Sequence record: OQ848593.1
Reading direction: 5' to 3' (one strand)
DNA from: Pseudomonas phage Pa_WF01
Length of the DNA stretch: 64,000 nucleotides
The translations under genes were made by a program, and so were the position numbers. The notes beneath the pieces were generated by a model. It did no database searches, had not been told where the DNA came from, and saw only the letters and a list, made by a program, of their open reading frames with translations. Shown here in pieces: positions 37,326 to 53,500 of this stretch (position 1 is the stretch's first letter; every line of letters begins with the position of its first letter).

Positions 37326-38525
37326 ATGGCCGGTCCTGTAGATAACATCAAGCCGATGAAGTACAACGACCCCGCGAACGGGGTAGAGTCTTCCATCGGT
37401 CCTCAGATCCATACTCGCTACTGGTACAAGCGTGCGCTCATCGACGCCGCCAAGGAAGCCTACTTCGGTCAGCTGGCCGATACCTTCTCGATGCCGAAGA
37501 ACTACGGCAAAGAGATCGTGCGACTGCACTACATCCCGCTGCTCGACGACCGCAACGTGAACGACCAGGGCATCGACGCTTCCGGCGCTACCATCGCCAA
37601 CGGCAACCTCTACGGTTCGAGCCGTGACGTGGGCAACATCACTGCGAAAATGCCGACCCTCACCGAGATCGGCGGTCGTGTGAACCGTGTTGGTTTCAAG
37701 CGTGTCGAGATCAAGGGCAAGCTGGAGAAGTACGGCTTCTTCCGCGAGTACACCCAAGAGCAACTCGACTTCGACAGCGACCCGGCGATGGAAGGTCACG
37801 TCACCACCGAAATGGTGAAGGGCGCGAACGAGATCACCGAAGACCTGCTCCAGATCGACCTGCTCAACTCGGCCGGCACCGTCCGTTATCCGGGCGCTGC
37901 AACCTCCGACGCTGAAGTCGACTCCACCACCGAGGTCACCTACGACTCGCTGATGCGTCTGCGTCTGGACCTGGACAACGCGCGTGCTCCGACCAAGATC
38001 AAGATGATCACCGGTACCCGCATGATCGACACCCGCACCGTGGGTAACGCTCGTGCTCTGTACGTGGGTTCGGATCTGGTTCCGACCATCGAAGCCATGA
38101 AGGACAACCACGGCAACCCGGCCTTCATCCCCATCGAGAAGTACGCTGCCGGTGGTGCCACTATGCACGGCGAAGTCGGCCAGCTGGGTCGCTTCCGTGT
38201 CATCGTCAACCCGCAGATGATGCACTGGGCCGGCGTCGGCAAAGCCGTGGACCCGAACGACCAGGTTCCGATGCACGAGTCGGGCGGCAAGTACAGCGTC
38301 TTCCCGATGCTGTGTGTGGCTTCCGAGGCGTTCACCACTGTCGGTTTCGCTACCGATGGCAAGAACGTCAAGTTCAAGATCATCACCAAGCGTCCTGGCG
38401 AAGCCACTGCCGACCGCAGTGACCCGTACGGCGAGATGGGCTTCATGTCCATCAAGTGGTACTACGGCTTCATGGTGTTCCGCCCCGAGTGGATCGCCCT
38501 GCTGAAGACCGTGGCACGCCTGTAA
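37326..38525 (+). CDS. major capsid protein
   Basis: 399 aa. Followed by a strong hairpin terminator. Size and position match N4 gp56. Confidence 0.7.
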   Translation: MAGPVDNIKPMKYNDPANGVESSIGPQIHTRYWYKRALIDAAKEAYFGQLADTFSMPKNYGKEIVRLHYIPLLDDRNVNDQGIDASGATIANGNLYGSSRDVGNITAKMPTLTEIGGRVNRVGFKRVEIKGKLEKYGFFREYTQEQLDFDSDPAMEGHVTTEMVKGANEITEDLLQIDLLNSAGTVRYPGAATSDAEVDSTTEVTYDSLMRLRLDLDNARAPTKIKMITGTRMIDTRTVGNARALYVGSDLVPTIEAMKDNHGNPAFIPIEKYAAGGATMHGEVGQLGRFRVIVNPQMMHWAGVGKAVDPNDQVPMHESGGKYSVFPMLCVASEAFTTVGFATDGKNVKFKIITKRPGEATADRSDPYGEMGFMSIKWYYGFMVFRPEWIALLKTVARL

Positions 38526-38533
38526 CTAGGCAT

Positions 38534-38560
38534 GGGGGAGGGTAACCTCCCCCTCTTAAC
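38534..38560 (+). terminator. GGGGGAGG-GTAA-CCTCCCCC hairpin after the major capsid gene
   Basis: 8-bp GC stem with pyrimidine/T-rich tail. Confidence 0.55.
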
Positions 38561-38581
38561 TCTTACCCTGGAGAATCACCC

Positions 38582-39247
38582 ATGTCCCTCGACGAACTGC
38601 AAAACCTGAGTGAAGCACCGCTGGAATCCCCGGATACCCGTTCCGAGTTGGAAGTCCTGCAAGAAAAAGCTACTGCCCTGGGCATCTCTTTCCGCTCCAA
38701 TACCGGCGTGGAAAAGCTGCGTGAAAAGATCAATGCCGTCCTGAACGACGAAGCTGTCGGCGACGAGGAAGAAGACGAAGCCACCGAAGCTACCTCGTCC
38801 ATCCCGAAGCCGTCCGCCGAAGCTGGTGCAGCTGCCCTCAAGGCCGCCGAAGCACCGCGTCCGAAGACCGAAGGTGAACTGCGTCGTGATCGCCGGCTGG
38901 CTGCGCATCGTCTGATCCGCTGCCGCATCACCTGCCACAACCCGAACAAGAACGACTGGGATGCCGAGTACTTCAGCATCGGCAACGACGAGATCGGTAC
39001 GATCCGCCGTCTGGTTCCGTACGAGGTGGACTGGCATGTGCCGGAAGCCCTGCTGAACTTCATCAAGTCCAAGCAGTACCAGCACTTCTACACGGTTACC
39101 GAGCAGACCCCGATGGGTCCGCAGAAGGTACGCCGGTCGAAGTCGGTACGTGAATTCTCCGTGGAGATCCTGCCGCAGCTGAGCGAGGATGAACTCGAAT
39201 CCCTCCGCAAGCAGCAGGCAGTCAACGGTTCCTTCAAGGAGGACTAA
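38582..39247 (+). CDS. virion structural protein (putative)
   Basis: Follows the major capsid protein in the late operon. Confidence 0.35.
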   Translation: MSLDELQNLSEAPLESPDTRSELEVLQEKATALGISFRSNTGVEKLREKINAVLNDEAVGDEEEDEATEATSSIPKPSAEAGAAALKAAEAPRPKTEGELRRDRRLAAHRLIRCRITCHNPNKNDWDAEYFSIGNDEIGTIRRLVPYEVDWHVPEALLNFIKSKQYQHFYTVTEQTPMGPQKVRRSKSVREFSVEILPQLSEDELESLRKQQAVNGSFKED

Positions 39248-42942
<3,695 letters not shown>

Positions 42943-42943
<1 letters not shown>

Positions 42944-44508
42944 TGGCCCAAGAGATCACTTGGCGTAATATTGGTGCAACGGTAAGTCCTGGCAGTGCAT
43001 CTTCGATGTCTGCTGGGACTACCGGTGTCCAACAAGCACTTGGTGCACTGGGTGACATCATCTCCCGTCAACAGGAGATGAACGTCAACAATGCCAAGTT
43101 GCAGCGTGAAGCCAACACGCAAAGCTATCTGGACCAGGTGGCAGCATCCACCCTGGAACAACTCAGCAACGCAGACTATCGCAGTGGCTTGGAGGCCCAA
43201 CGTGATGCGATGGGGATGAACCTGGATCGTGCTGCTACCCGAGATGCGATCACCAAGCAGATCAGTGCTCAGCAGAACCAAGCGGCTGCTACTCAGAAGT
43301 TCGACGATATGCAGGCTGAAGTAGGTCAACGTGGCATCGTAGACCAGCTTCGTACCCTGGCAGCTGAAGGTCGTGCTGGCGAAGTCAACCAGATCTTGGC
43401 TGAGCAACAGCTGATCAACGAGGGCGAGATCCGCAAGGAACTCACCGGTGTGCAGGATGCTATCCAGAATCGGCAGTACCGGGCAGCTGGTGAACAGCGT
43501 GCACAGGCAGCGGCCAACCGGGCAGCTGAAGCACACTCCCTCTCCATGGCTGCTGGTCGGGAGAACCTGGCTTTCACTCGTGAGCAGCGTGATGAACTAC
43601 GCCGTGATCGAGATGAGGCGAAGCTGGTTTCGGGAACCATCGCTACTACCTTCCAGGACTACGACGAGTCTCGGCAGGCACAGAGCGAGATCATGCGGAT
43701 CGTGGGCAAGGAAGTCGGTATGCCTACCGATGACCAGGGCATGCCCGACATGAGCCGTGCTTCGCAAGACCAACTTGATGCCTTCAGCAATGCGCTGAAC
43801 GAAGCTGGTGTGCAAGCCAATACCTCTGCTACCGAGCGGCGGAATGCTGCACTCAAGTCTCTCGTGGATGCCGGGGTAAGTTCGAAGGGTATCGCTCAGG
43901 CCAAGCAAGAGATGGAACTCCGAGAATCCCTGGAGGGTCTGGCTCCGCAAGATCGCACGAAGGTTGAAGCAACCATCGGTGCGGTTAACGCAGAACTGGA
44001 TACCCTGCAACGGACGGCTACCGAGGACTACGAACGGGAAGTTGCACGCAACCCGTTTGTCGAGCCTGACAAGGATCCGCTGGGTTCGGTCAACAAGATC
44101 GTAGACAAGGCTGTGAAGTCTGGTTTCGGCTGGGAAGGTGACCGCCAGGATCTGAACAACATGCTCGTGGACTTCGCCACCAACGGCATCAAGCTACCGG
44201 ACGGACGTACTGCTGTGGTTCCGTCGAAGCTGTTGGAACAGGCGTTCAATACCACGAACACTTGGCTGTTCAAGAATGCCAGTGACGTGGAGAAACGGAT
44301 CATCGAACTCATGACCACTGATGGCATGACTCAGATGCGAGAAGACGCTCCGACCATTCGGGAAAACTTCCTGAAAACCGTGTCGGACATCGCCAACCAA
44401 AAACGGTCGAATGCCGTTAAGGTAACTCGCTCGGCAGAACGGGAAAAGGGTGTTACCATGGACCCGACCGATGATCTAACTTTTGCACTACGAGGGAGGA
44501 AACGATAG
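42943..44508 (+). CDS. coiled-coil virion protein (N4 gp51-like position)
   Basis: 521 aa, Q/A/E-rich. Lies immediately upstream of the vRNAP gene. Confidence 0.4.
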
Positions 44509-47500
44509 ATGGCTGATTTCGACTTGGATCAATTCCTGTCGGATCGTCAAGAGGCGAATGCCGGGGCTACCCCGGCATTCGACGCTCTGGACTTTGCCAG
44601 TGCGGGCCTGGACATGAAGGGTTCGCAGAAGGCTTACGACCTCGACGGCATCCGCGAGCGCAAAAAGCGCAACGTGGAAGAATCCCTCATCGGCAAGATG
44701 GGTATCACCCCTGGTGCTGCTGGCACTGAGATCCTCAACGCTGCTGCTTCCTTCGTATCCGGTACTGGCCGTGCTCTCGGCGACGTGATTGCTCTGCCGA
44801 TCAACGCTGCTGCTGACATGGGTCAGGCTGGCGTAACCAACGAAGCCATCGAAGCCTACAACCGCTACGTCTCCGGCCAGATGCAGGAAGGCGATGAAGC
44901 CATCCTGAGCCAGACTGCTGCCGGTGACGACGGTGTTCCCCAGACCATGCTGCAACGTATGCAAGGTGTGGACGAACTCCGCAAGCTTTCTACCAACGTG
45001 GACAAGTTCTTCGATTGGTCGAGCATCGTAGACACTACTCGCCGTGACCAACTGAGCGACGACATCGCTGATGCGACTGCTGGTGGCGTAGAACGTCTCC
45101 GCAATGCAGGTGAGTCCTTCAGCCGTGGCGAGATTCTGGATGGCTTGGTGCAAGGTGCACTCGGTGTTGGCCAGACCGCTGCTACCGCTATCGGTGCATC
45201 GGCAACCAACCCGCTGGCAGTCGGCGAGTACACTGTGGAAAACGCTCCGCAGATGCTGGCCTATGCCGCTAACCCTGTGCTGGGTGCTGCTACCAACGTG
45301 GGCTACGCCTCGGATGAATACCGTGAAGGCATCACCGAGTACCAGGCTGAGAACCAAGGCCAGCTGCCGGATGCTGACGATCGTCTGAAGATGGGTCTTG
45401 CTGCTGCTTCTCTGGCAGTAGCTGAGCAGGTAGCCGATGCTGGCATCCTGCGTGGTATCCGTGGTGAAGGTGGTGGTTTGATCCGCTCTACTCTTGGTTC
45501 CAGCGCTCGTGAAGGCGTGACCGAGGGTTACCAAACCTGGGGTGAGAACGTTGCTCACCTGAAAGACACCAGCCTGGAAGAGATCGTCGAAGCTGCAACC
45601 ATCGGTGCTGCTGTCGGCGGAACCATGAACATCGGTGGCCGTGCTGCTGTAGGTGCCCGCTCTGGTGCTACCCGTGCTGAGGCTGCTTTGGCTTCGCGTG
45701 AAGCTGTGAATGCTGCCCGTGAAACCGGCGACATCTCTGCCCTGACCGATGTGACCTCGGAGTCCTATAACCCTGCTGGTGCAGTGGTAGTTCTCCAGGA
45801 ACAAGTCATGGCTGACGGTGTGACCCAAGAGGTCAAGGACCGTGCCCTGGAGCAGGCTGACACCATCGAGCAGGAAGCTGCCCAGCGTGTATCTCAGCTG
45901 GAGCAGGAACAAGTACTGTTCAGCGAAGAAGGTCTGGCCAAGGTAGAGCAAGCCATCGAACAACGTGAGCAGGCCAAGCAAGGTGCTGATGAAGCTACCG
46001 TTGCTCGCCTGGACGAAGAACTGGCCAACCTGAGCGGCGTACGTGAGCAGATCCTCAACGTCACCCCCGAGCAACGCCAAGCTCAAGCCAAGGAACTGAA
46101 GGATGCCCAGCAGGTACTGACCGCTACCCGTGACGCCATCAAGCGTTTCCAAGTGGAAGCCGCTCCGAAGGCTGCCGAGGTAGAGACCTTGGTTCAGGAA
46201 GCTGCTGTACAACCGGAAGCCTCCGAGCGTCTGGTCACCCTGACCATGATCAACCCGGATGCACTGAGCCTGGAGCAGGTGGATGCTCTGGTAGCTGACA
46301 CCAGCAATACTCTGACCACTGAGCAGCGTGCATCCCTGCGTAGCTTCAGCGAAGCACAGGTTGCACTCAACGAACTCAAGGGTCTGAGCGGTGTTCGCAC
46401 TGACATCGAGACTGGTGGTGATGGCTTCAAAGGTCTGTCCCAGTACCGTAACGCTGTGCGTATGGCCCTGATGAACGGCAACGAAGAAGCTGCTGCTGGT
46501 CAGGTAGACCAACTGCGTGCTTTTGCTGACAGTCGTGTGGCGAAGTTCAACGCCATTGATGCTGCGTACCAGCAAGTCAAAGGTACCGATAACTCCATCC
46601 GTATCGTACGTGATGAAGCCGGTAACTGGACCGAGGCACCGGAGTCCATGACTGCACGCCAACTGAAGTCGGCTGGTGGTCTGGAGATCTCAGCCCGTTC
46701 CTTCAAGCTGCGTGATGCTGTAGCACTGGAAGCCACTGCACTGTCCCGCTCGGCTGAGTCTCTGGGTGAACTGGTCAAGGCCGGTCCTATTGCTCGTCCG
46801 GCCCCTGTGGTACAAGAAGCTGCCCCCGTACAGGAAGCGCCTGTACAGGTGGCTGAAGAGGTGGCCCCGGTAGAGGCGCCTATCGCTCAGGTCACTGAAG
46901 ATGTCCCAGTCAGTGAAGCCGAGTCGATCCAGGCAGAACCTTCTACCGAGGCCGAAACTGGTGAACTCACGGCTGTCCGTGAGGGTGAAGCTGTGCGTGG
47001 TCAGGAAGTTGCCGCCGAGAACTACCAGACTACCAACCTGGTTTCCGCCTTCTTCCAGCAGTCCCCGGCTCGCAATGACGGTGACACTCAGAAGCCTCTG
47101 GTAGCAGTCAAAGACTTCGCTACCAAGATCCGCACTGGTGAAGGTCGCATGGCTGAGTTCGCTGGTGTGAAGAGCTTCACCGGCCAGCAACAGTCCGCCA
47201 TCAAGCAGTTCATGAAGTTCCAGCGTGCTGCCAAGCCGATCATCGAGCGTACGCTGAAGCCATACACCTCGAAGACCAGCGATGCCAGCCGCTACTACTT
47301 CCGTGACTACGCTCAGTTCCTGGTGAACGCTGACGGTACTCTGGACGAGAACCTGGCCACTGCCATTGCCTACGGTGCGTACGACTGGGCTATCGATGCG
47401 GCCAACAACCTGGTCAACACCGATGCCGGTATCAATGCCATCCTGGGCAAGGACTCCGATGATGAAGTCTCCCCTGCTGCCTATGCAGTCCTGGGCAACG

Positions 47501-50500
47501 TAGGTACTCGACAGGCCACCGCAGCTTCCCAGCTGGGTGCCAAGATCGTTGATGTCCTTGGTTTGGAAGTCCTGCCGAATGCTCCTGTGAACGAGCGTGC
47601 ACGTCTGGAAGCTTCCCTGGGTGAGCATGCCTTGGCTCTTCTGGTGAAGATGGGCGTGGCGAAGATCACCACTGTCAGCGACGCCAAGCTGAAGTCCCTG
47701 ATGGACTCCAATGAACCGGCCAACCCCCGCGTCAAGCACTACTTCCTGACCCCGGTCAGTGAGCGTGTAGACGGCAAGCTGGTTCCGGGTGCAGTTGCTC
47801 GCCAGATCCGTGAAGCCAATACCGGTAGCCAGTCCATCCTGGCCAAGCTGTTCGGTTCGACTGAAGGTCAGACTGAGCCGAGCTTCACTCCTGTGCCCTT
47901 CACCCAGAAGAACGCCAAGCGTACTCAGCAGCCTGTTCCCAAGGAACTGGCCAAGATCCTGGACGACGCAGGTAAGCGTCCCATGCGTCTTCGCCAGGAC
48001 ATGTACCAAGTGTGGGGCAACCTGTCCGAGAACGCATTGGCCACCATCGCTGGTGCTGTAGACATCGAAGGCGGGTTCGTACACAAGGCCAACCGTGCTG
48101 GCACTCAAGCCAAGAACGATGGTCTGGTACGTCAGATCGACAACTTCAACGAGTTCTTCGGCCGCATCCAAGAGGTTTCTGACCTTGGTTTGGAGCAGCC
48201 GCTGTACTTCGACCGGAGCGTGTGGAAGCCTCAGCGTGTTGGTTTGACTGCCAACATGATCAACCCGCAGACCAGCAAAGTGCATCGTCACATGCTGGCA
48301 ATGGAAGGCTGGGAGAACACCATCAATCTGTCCAACAAGGCAGAGATGGATAGCTTCAAGCTTCGCGTACTGGAGTCCTTCGGTGTGAAGACCGAGGGCA
48401 ACAACACTTCGAAAGTGCTGGCCAAGTACGACAGCAAGGTGAACACCCCGGCGATCCAGGCTGGTGTATCTGCCCTGGCTGAGATCCTCCGTGGTGAGGC
48501 CCAAGACACTGTGGCCAACGAGTCCGCAATCCTGGCAGCCGTAGCCGAAGCTGGTGAGAAGTTCTTCAGCTTGGATGGCTTGGTAGCACTGGCTCAAGAG
48601 AAGATCGCCCGTGATAACGGTGCTGAGTCCTTCACTACCCAGCTGCTCGGCGAAGTGGACGGTGTGACCAACGGTCCTATGCTGTCCCTGCTGATGTCTG
48701 GTGCCAAGGGTTTTGACACTCTGAACCAGGGTGGTTTCTTCAGCCTGGAAGATCCGTACACCCAGTTCAACGACTACAAGGCACAGGGCAACCTGGACCT
48801 GTACGAGGGCACCATCAAGGCTGTGCTGGACCGTCTGGGCAATGAACCGCTGCTGTCCTCTGTGGAAGTCATCACTGGTGTGCTGACCAACGAGGAAGGC
48901 GGTGTATCGTCCAAGGGCCGTAACGTCATCAAGAAGCCCCTGACCGCAATGATGTTTGGTTCCAACACCAAGACTGCTGTCAGCGGTATGGCTGATGCCT
49001 TCATCGAAACCATCTACTCCAAGATGGAAGACGCTGCCAATGCTGGTGACCAAGCTGCCCTGTCCAAGGTGATCTCTGCTGTAAACAGCCTGATCGCCTC
49101 GAAGAACAGAGACAAGCGTCAGCTGTGGCCTACCGACATGGGCTTCGAGCAAGCACTGAATACCGTCTACTCTCCGGTCCAGCAGACTGCCATCAAGGCA
49201 GCCTTCTACGACCTGCTGGGTAGCAAGGTAGAGAGTGCCCTGAACGACACCTACGAGGTATTCATCGCTCGCCGGGACACCATCAACAAGACTGCGAACA
49301 TGGCTTTCCAGATGTACGAAGCTGTCTTCCAGGCTCGTCGTGATGAGCTATTGGCTTCGGCCAACCTGCCTCGTGGCAATGATGGCCAGCCTTTCGCTGA
49401 CCTCACTCGTGCCCAGATCGACCAGATCCGTAACGAGTTGAAGGACATGGAGCCGATCCTGCACACCGCTTTCTCGAAAGCCAGCGGTGACTTGGATTCT
49501 GGGATGCTGATGGCGAAGACCCGCCGTGAACTGAACGACTCTCCCCTGTACCGCTCGGAAGTCCACTTCGCTGAACCTCTGGAGTTCACCGATGAGGAAG
49601 GCCGCAAGCAGTCTGTGAAGAGCTTCCGTGCCAGTGGCATGACCACCGTCAACGAAGGTCCGGGTGTAGCTCCGTTCATCACTGCTACTCACGCAGGTGA
49701 CTCGTTCATCTCCCACAATGCACTGATGGGCGAAGATGTCCTGAACATCCACGATGCTCACGGTGTGGGCGTACTGGGTATGGATGCTGCTGGTCAGCGT
49801 CTGAACGAACAGACCTTCAAGCTGATGCTGAATTACTCGGCAGCCAGTGAGATGGTTTCGACCTTCGAGCGTACCCTCGCTGGCTTCAGCAAGTGGGTAC
49901 AGGATCCGCAGGTTGCACGTCAGTTCGGCAAGTACCTGGAAAGCCAGAAGACTACCGTCTCCACTCAGCTGGCCAGCATCCGTCACGTCGCTGAACAGGC
50001 TGACACCGACAAGCTGAACATGCTGGCCAACATGCGTGCAGTGGGTCAGTACGCCACTGATGGCGGTAGTTACATCGTCACCGATGCTGACCGTGCTGCT
50101 GCTGTGAAGGCCCGTGAAGAGATCGGTAGCACCTTCAACCCTGAAGCGGAAACGATGGCTGATGCTATCGACGCTCAGCTGAAGGCTACTCCGCGTGAAG
50201 CCAAGCCCGCTGCTCGTAAGCCTCTGCGCAATGACTCGGTACAGTCCCTGGCTCCGGCTACTACGCTGAACACCATGGACCGCACCAAGGCTGAAGGTCA
50301 GCTGCAACAGGACATTCAGCAGGTAGCCCAGGTGATGAAGAAGTCCAACCTGAGCTTGGAGTCTGCCAAGGAAGTCCTGCCGGAAGATCGTGCTGCTGAA
50401 GTGGTCCAGGCCGTTCAACAGAACAGCCGTGCCAAGACCTCGGTATGGGGTGAACTGGGTCAGCCGGTAATTCCGTCTGACCAAGCACTGGTGGATCTAC

Positions 50501-53500
50501 TTACCGAAACCAATGACCTGACCACTCGTGGTCTGGCTGAGGCTCTGATAGCCCGCACCAACGATCCTTTCCGTAAGCAGGTGCTTCGTGCTGCTCTACG
50601 GTCCATCCGTGAAGATGTACCGGTCAAGCTGGTCACCTCTACCACTGGCCCTGACGGTGCAGTTGGTGAGGGTGTGAGCAAGGCTCGTGGTTGGTACGCA
50701 ACCCGTGGCAACTTCGAGGCTCTCTACGTGAAGAGTCCTGAGTTCGTAGAGTCTGGCATCACTGAAGAGATGCTGACCCATGAACTGCTGCACGTTAGCC
50801 TGGGTCGTACCATCCAGCGCGAACTGGACAAGAAACAATCCAATGCCAACTACGACTCTGCTACTTGGCGTATGGTCAATGACCTGGAGATGATCCGTGC
50901 TCGTGCCAGCGACATGCTGAGCAAGAACGGTGGCTTGTCTTCCAAATACGCCAACGCTGTCTCGAACGTGCATGAGCTTGTCAGCTGGGGCATGACCAAC
51001 CAAGGCTTCCAGGAAGAAGTCCTGAAGAAGTTGGAGATGCCTGCTGGTAAGCGTGACGCTGGTTTCACTGACGGGCTGCTGCGGTTCATTCGTAACCTGA
51101 CTGCCCTGCTGTTCCGTGACACCAAGCCGTCCGATACCAATGCCATGGCTTTGGTGATCAGCAATACCTCTGGCTTGTTCGCCGAAGCTGCTGCACAGAT
51201 GGCCAAGCGTAGCGACCTGACCTTGAAGTACGAGGACGCTGTAGATCAGGTCAACGCGATGAGCAGTGAACAGATCTTCAATGCCCTGGAGAGCGAGAAG
51301 ACCCCGCTTACCGAGGCTCATAGCAACAAGCTGAAGTCTGTCCTGAACAGCATCGTCACCGAACTTTACGGTCCCATGGGTGCATTCCGCAACGAGGTTG
51401 CTCGTGGTCAAGCACTGACCACCACTGATGCTGTCCTGAAGGCTCTGGACACTGGCCGCCTGCCCTTCGCCTCTCAGGCATTGGCTTCGGCGTTCATTAT
51501 CAGCCCGCAGGAAGCCTACGTGCTGGAACAGGTTGAGGCTACTGTGGCCACCACCCTGAACAGCAACGATGGAATCTTCATCCGCAGTAGCCTGGAGAAC
51601 CTCTGGCGTGAAGCCAAGGATCGCCTGACTGCTAAGGACTTCTTCGCTGGTGATTGGGACCAAGCCACCCAAGCAGAGAAGGATGTGGCACAGGAGAAGT
51701 ACAACTTCCTGTTCCGTCCTGAGCGTGTTGGTTCCCGTAGTGACTACCTGAGCCGCTTTGCTGCCCTGGGTGTAGCGAGCCAAGAAGTAGCGAACCTGCT
51801 TCAGTTCACTACCCGTAGCAGCGAGAAGTCCTTGGCTGGTATGCCACTGGCTACTCGTCTGGTTGAGATGTTCCGCCGTCTGCTTACCCGCCTGGGTCAG
51901 CTGCACGACAAGACTCGTCCTGGTGAGGTGGCTGAGAGCCGACTGTTCACCCTGGTGGATCGTCTGGTGGATATCGAAGCCAAGCGTCGTGGCCGTCTGG
52001 CTGACCAGAAAGTGGGTGCCCTGGACCAGGTGGAAACTGCCCTGGCGAACACTGGTGAAGCCATCAAGGACAACCTGAACCGGATCGCTGAATCTACCTT
52101 CTTCACTCAGTCGAGCAGCCCCTTTGTTCGGGTAGCTGGCAAGACCATAAGCACCATCACCAATGAGCGTGTTGGCTTGGTCCTGGACGGTATCACTCGC
52201 ATCCGTGACAACGCTTTCAAGAGCCAACACGGCATGGCTATGCAGGTAGTGAACGAGATGCGTGGTGCACACGAGGGTAATCTCGCTGCACACACTCTGT
52301 TCAAGCAAGCCAAGTCCAACGAGATGGCTCGTAAACAGCACATCGAGTACACCGCTGCGATGATCAATGAAGGCTTCAAGGACAATGGCCAGTACCTGAG
52401 CACTGAAGACCGTGCTGCTCTGACCAAAGGTTTCCTGCGTACCAACATGGGTAACCTTCGTGAAGCCCTGGGTATGGATCGGTTGAAGGAAGTCCTTCTG
52501 GACAATGGCGAATTCGCCAATCTCCGCAAAGACCTCGAAGACCAACTGCTGGCATTGCCGAACGGTCAATATTTCCTGGGTGCTGTGAAGGATCTGGCTT
52601 ACCACCGTGTGATTGGTGGCAACGTAAGCCCGAACCTGATGCTGAACAGTGCGAACATCGCAGACATGCTCGGTACCAAGCGTGTGCTCCAGTCCTCCAA
52701 GGCAGATCGTGCGAAAGCCATCGAACTGCTGGACCAGCTGCAAGCTGTCTATGGGTGGGAGTACTCTGGTTCCCAGGTGAAGAGCCGCGCCCGTGAAGTG
52801 CTGAAGACCGAATCCAACCGTACCGATGGCAACGGTGTGGATCTGATCCTGGCCATGCACCATGGCTTGGGTAAGCGCTCCAAGGATGCCCTGTTCCAAG
52901 GCACCGAACGTCTGTACACCGATGGTTATGTACCGGACATCTTCGACTCCAAGATCGAAGTGCTGGCCGTAGACCGCAGTGACCTGCCCTACTTCCAGAA
53001 GCGTGGCTACGCTGTTGCTGGTGACGTGCAGGTAGACCAACGTGCTGGTCTGGAATCCGACAAGGTTCTGGTGACCCGTCGTGGTAGTGGTCAGGTTGGC
53101 TTGCTGACTGGTGCGATGAGCTACACCGGTGTGCATGCTCGTGGTACCAAGGTGGACCGTCAGGCTACCAACATGCTGTCGTCCGCTCCGGGAACTGCGA
53201 AGAACGCCATCACTACCATCAAGCGCAACATTGCACAGGATGTGAGTGACATGTTCCTGCGTGATCGTTCCTACGATCCTCGCCAGCAGAAGCCTGGCCG
53301 AGTATCTCCTGTGGTGAACCCGAATGGAGCCATCGTGGACTACCGCTATACCATGACTGAACACAACCGTGACAGTCTGCTGGATCGTGATAACTCCATG
53401 GAACAGGTGCTTGGTACTCTTGCAGGTCAGATCGTGGACAAGGTTGACTCCGCAATCCAGAACGCTGACGTTGTTCGTGCTATGTACGACCAGTTCCGCG

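Noticed and set aside
37284-38276. 330-aa - strand ORF
   Set aside because: Antisense to the major capsid gene.
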